Assembly: GCA_054661495.1 (NCBI GenBank)
Contig: BAAFSQ010000464.1
Location: 1 to 5,886, forward strand
Length of the DNA stretch: 5,886 nucleotides
Direction of reading: 5' to 3'
DNA from: Zygophlyctis sp. KS116
Lineage: Eukaryota; Fungi; Chytridiomycota
The translations under genes were made by a program, and so were the position numbers. Every line of letters begins with the position of its first letter. Within the stretch, counting starts at the first letter, position 1. Of this stretch, positions 5,303 through 5,886 are shown piece by piece. The notes below the pieces were generated by a model. The model was not told the origin of the DNA. It ran no database searches and saw nothing but the letters and a program-made list of their open reading frames with translations.

Positions 5303-5886
5303 ATGTCAAAAAAGCTTTGGATTGCATATGAGACTCCTGCAAGGACATTTGGTCCTACAAAAGTCTCTATTGAAGGATGTTCTGATGTGGATGACTTGAA
5401 AGGTAGCATTGGCAATTTTAACTAATTTATAGATAAAATTAAAAAAAAGTTTGAAATTCCTGGGCCTGCATTACATCTCTCTCTCTACAAATCTGATGGA
5501 ACTACAGAAATTAGAGCTGGAGCATCTCCTGCTGAATACTTGGAAGGCAATTCTGATGAAAATCCACTCATTGTCAAAGTATTTGTTGCTATGAGTGATT
5601 CGTCATCAGAAACCAATCTTGAAAGAAATGCCATGCATCATATTACAGCAAAAAGGCAACAAGCTTTAAAAGATGTACTAAACAAGAGCAGGCATTCTAA
5701 AAAACTCAAAGGTGAAACTCACATTGATGGTAAGTTTTTTGACAGTTTAAATAAAAGTAGGTGGTATTGCTACTGTAGATCATGGAAAGACTGTAGCTTC
5801 AGCTAGTCAAGGTAATTTCACTTTTATGATGGTCAGTTCTTGCGGGAAAGAGTAGAACATCTGTCAGGGACTTTGCTTCTAATCAG
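5303..5886 (+). CDS. 5' part of a Crinkler (CRN)-like protein with ubiquitin-like N-terminal header; exons 5303-5402, 5433-5729, 5761-5811, 5837-(window end)
   Basis: aaaaATG at 5303. Spliced product: MSKKLWIAYETPARTFGPTKVSIEGCSDVDDLKDKIKKKFEIPGPALHLSLYKSDGTTEIRAGASPAEYLEGNSDENPLIVKV… The V..LK..IK helix, L.LY (cf. LxLFLAK) and terminal PLIV strand (cf. HVLV) resemble CRN N-terminal domains. The frame stays open to the window end after three mini-introns. The effector domain is not visible. Confidence 0.65.
5403..5432 (+). other. Intron 1 of CRN-like gene (30 nt)
   Basis: GTAGCATTGGCAATTTTAACTAATTTATAG, with a CTAAT branch motif and an in-frame TAA. Removal gives DVDDLKDKIKKK. Confidence 0.82.
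5730..5760 (+). other. Intron 2 of CRN-like gene (31 nt)
   Basis: Perfect GTAAGT donor and TAG acceptor. Removal bypasses the stop at 5804-5806. Confidence 0.65.
5812..5836 (+). other. Putative intron 3 of CRN-like gene (25 nt)
   Basis: GTAATTTCACTTTTATGATGGTCAG. Removal keeps the frame open to the window end; if retained, the gene stops at TAG 5853-5855. Confidence 0.5.

Noticed and set aside
5770-5795. VDHGKT resembling the translational GTPase G1 motif (GHVDHGKT)
   Set aside because: The preceding G-H is absent (ATVDHGKTV) and no other GTPase motif is visible, so it is probably coincidental.

Overview
AT-rich, gene-dense eukaryotic DNA in the standard genetic code. The ultra-short GT-AG introns (25-31 nt) and gene content suggest an early-diverging fungus such as a chytrid (inference). 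From left to right: (1) the probable 3' end of an unidentified + strand gene; (2) a complete 4-exon ABHD1/3-Eht1/Eeb1/YheT-family alpha/beta hydrolase on the - strand (535 aa after removing introns of 25, 30 and 29 nt); (3) a divergent, intronless PH-domain plus coiled-coil gene; (4) a truncated hAT transposon remnant with its C-terminal dimerisation domain, CAAAT subterminal repeats and a candidate terminus; (5) a short DUF1279/FAM210-like membrane protein gene; (6) an inverted, internally deleted, ~94% identical copy of the hydrolase 3' end and downstream intergenic region; (7) a short tandem repeat followed by the 5' part of a Crinkler(CRN)-like gene with three more mini-introns. The most notable features are the mini-introns, the inverted duplicate (which lacks a 25-nt GT...AG segment of the original), the CRN-like gene and a recurrent TCGGAC motif upstream of genes. 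I cannot support a wholly new multi-gene system from this window alone.
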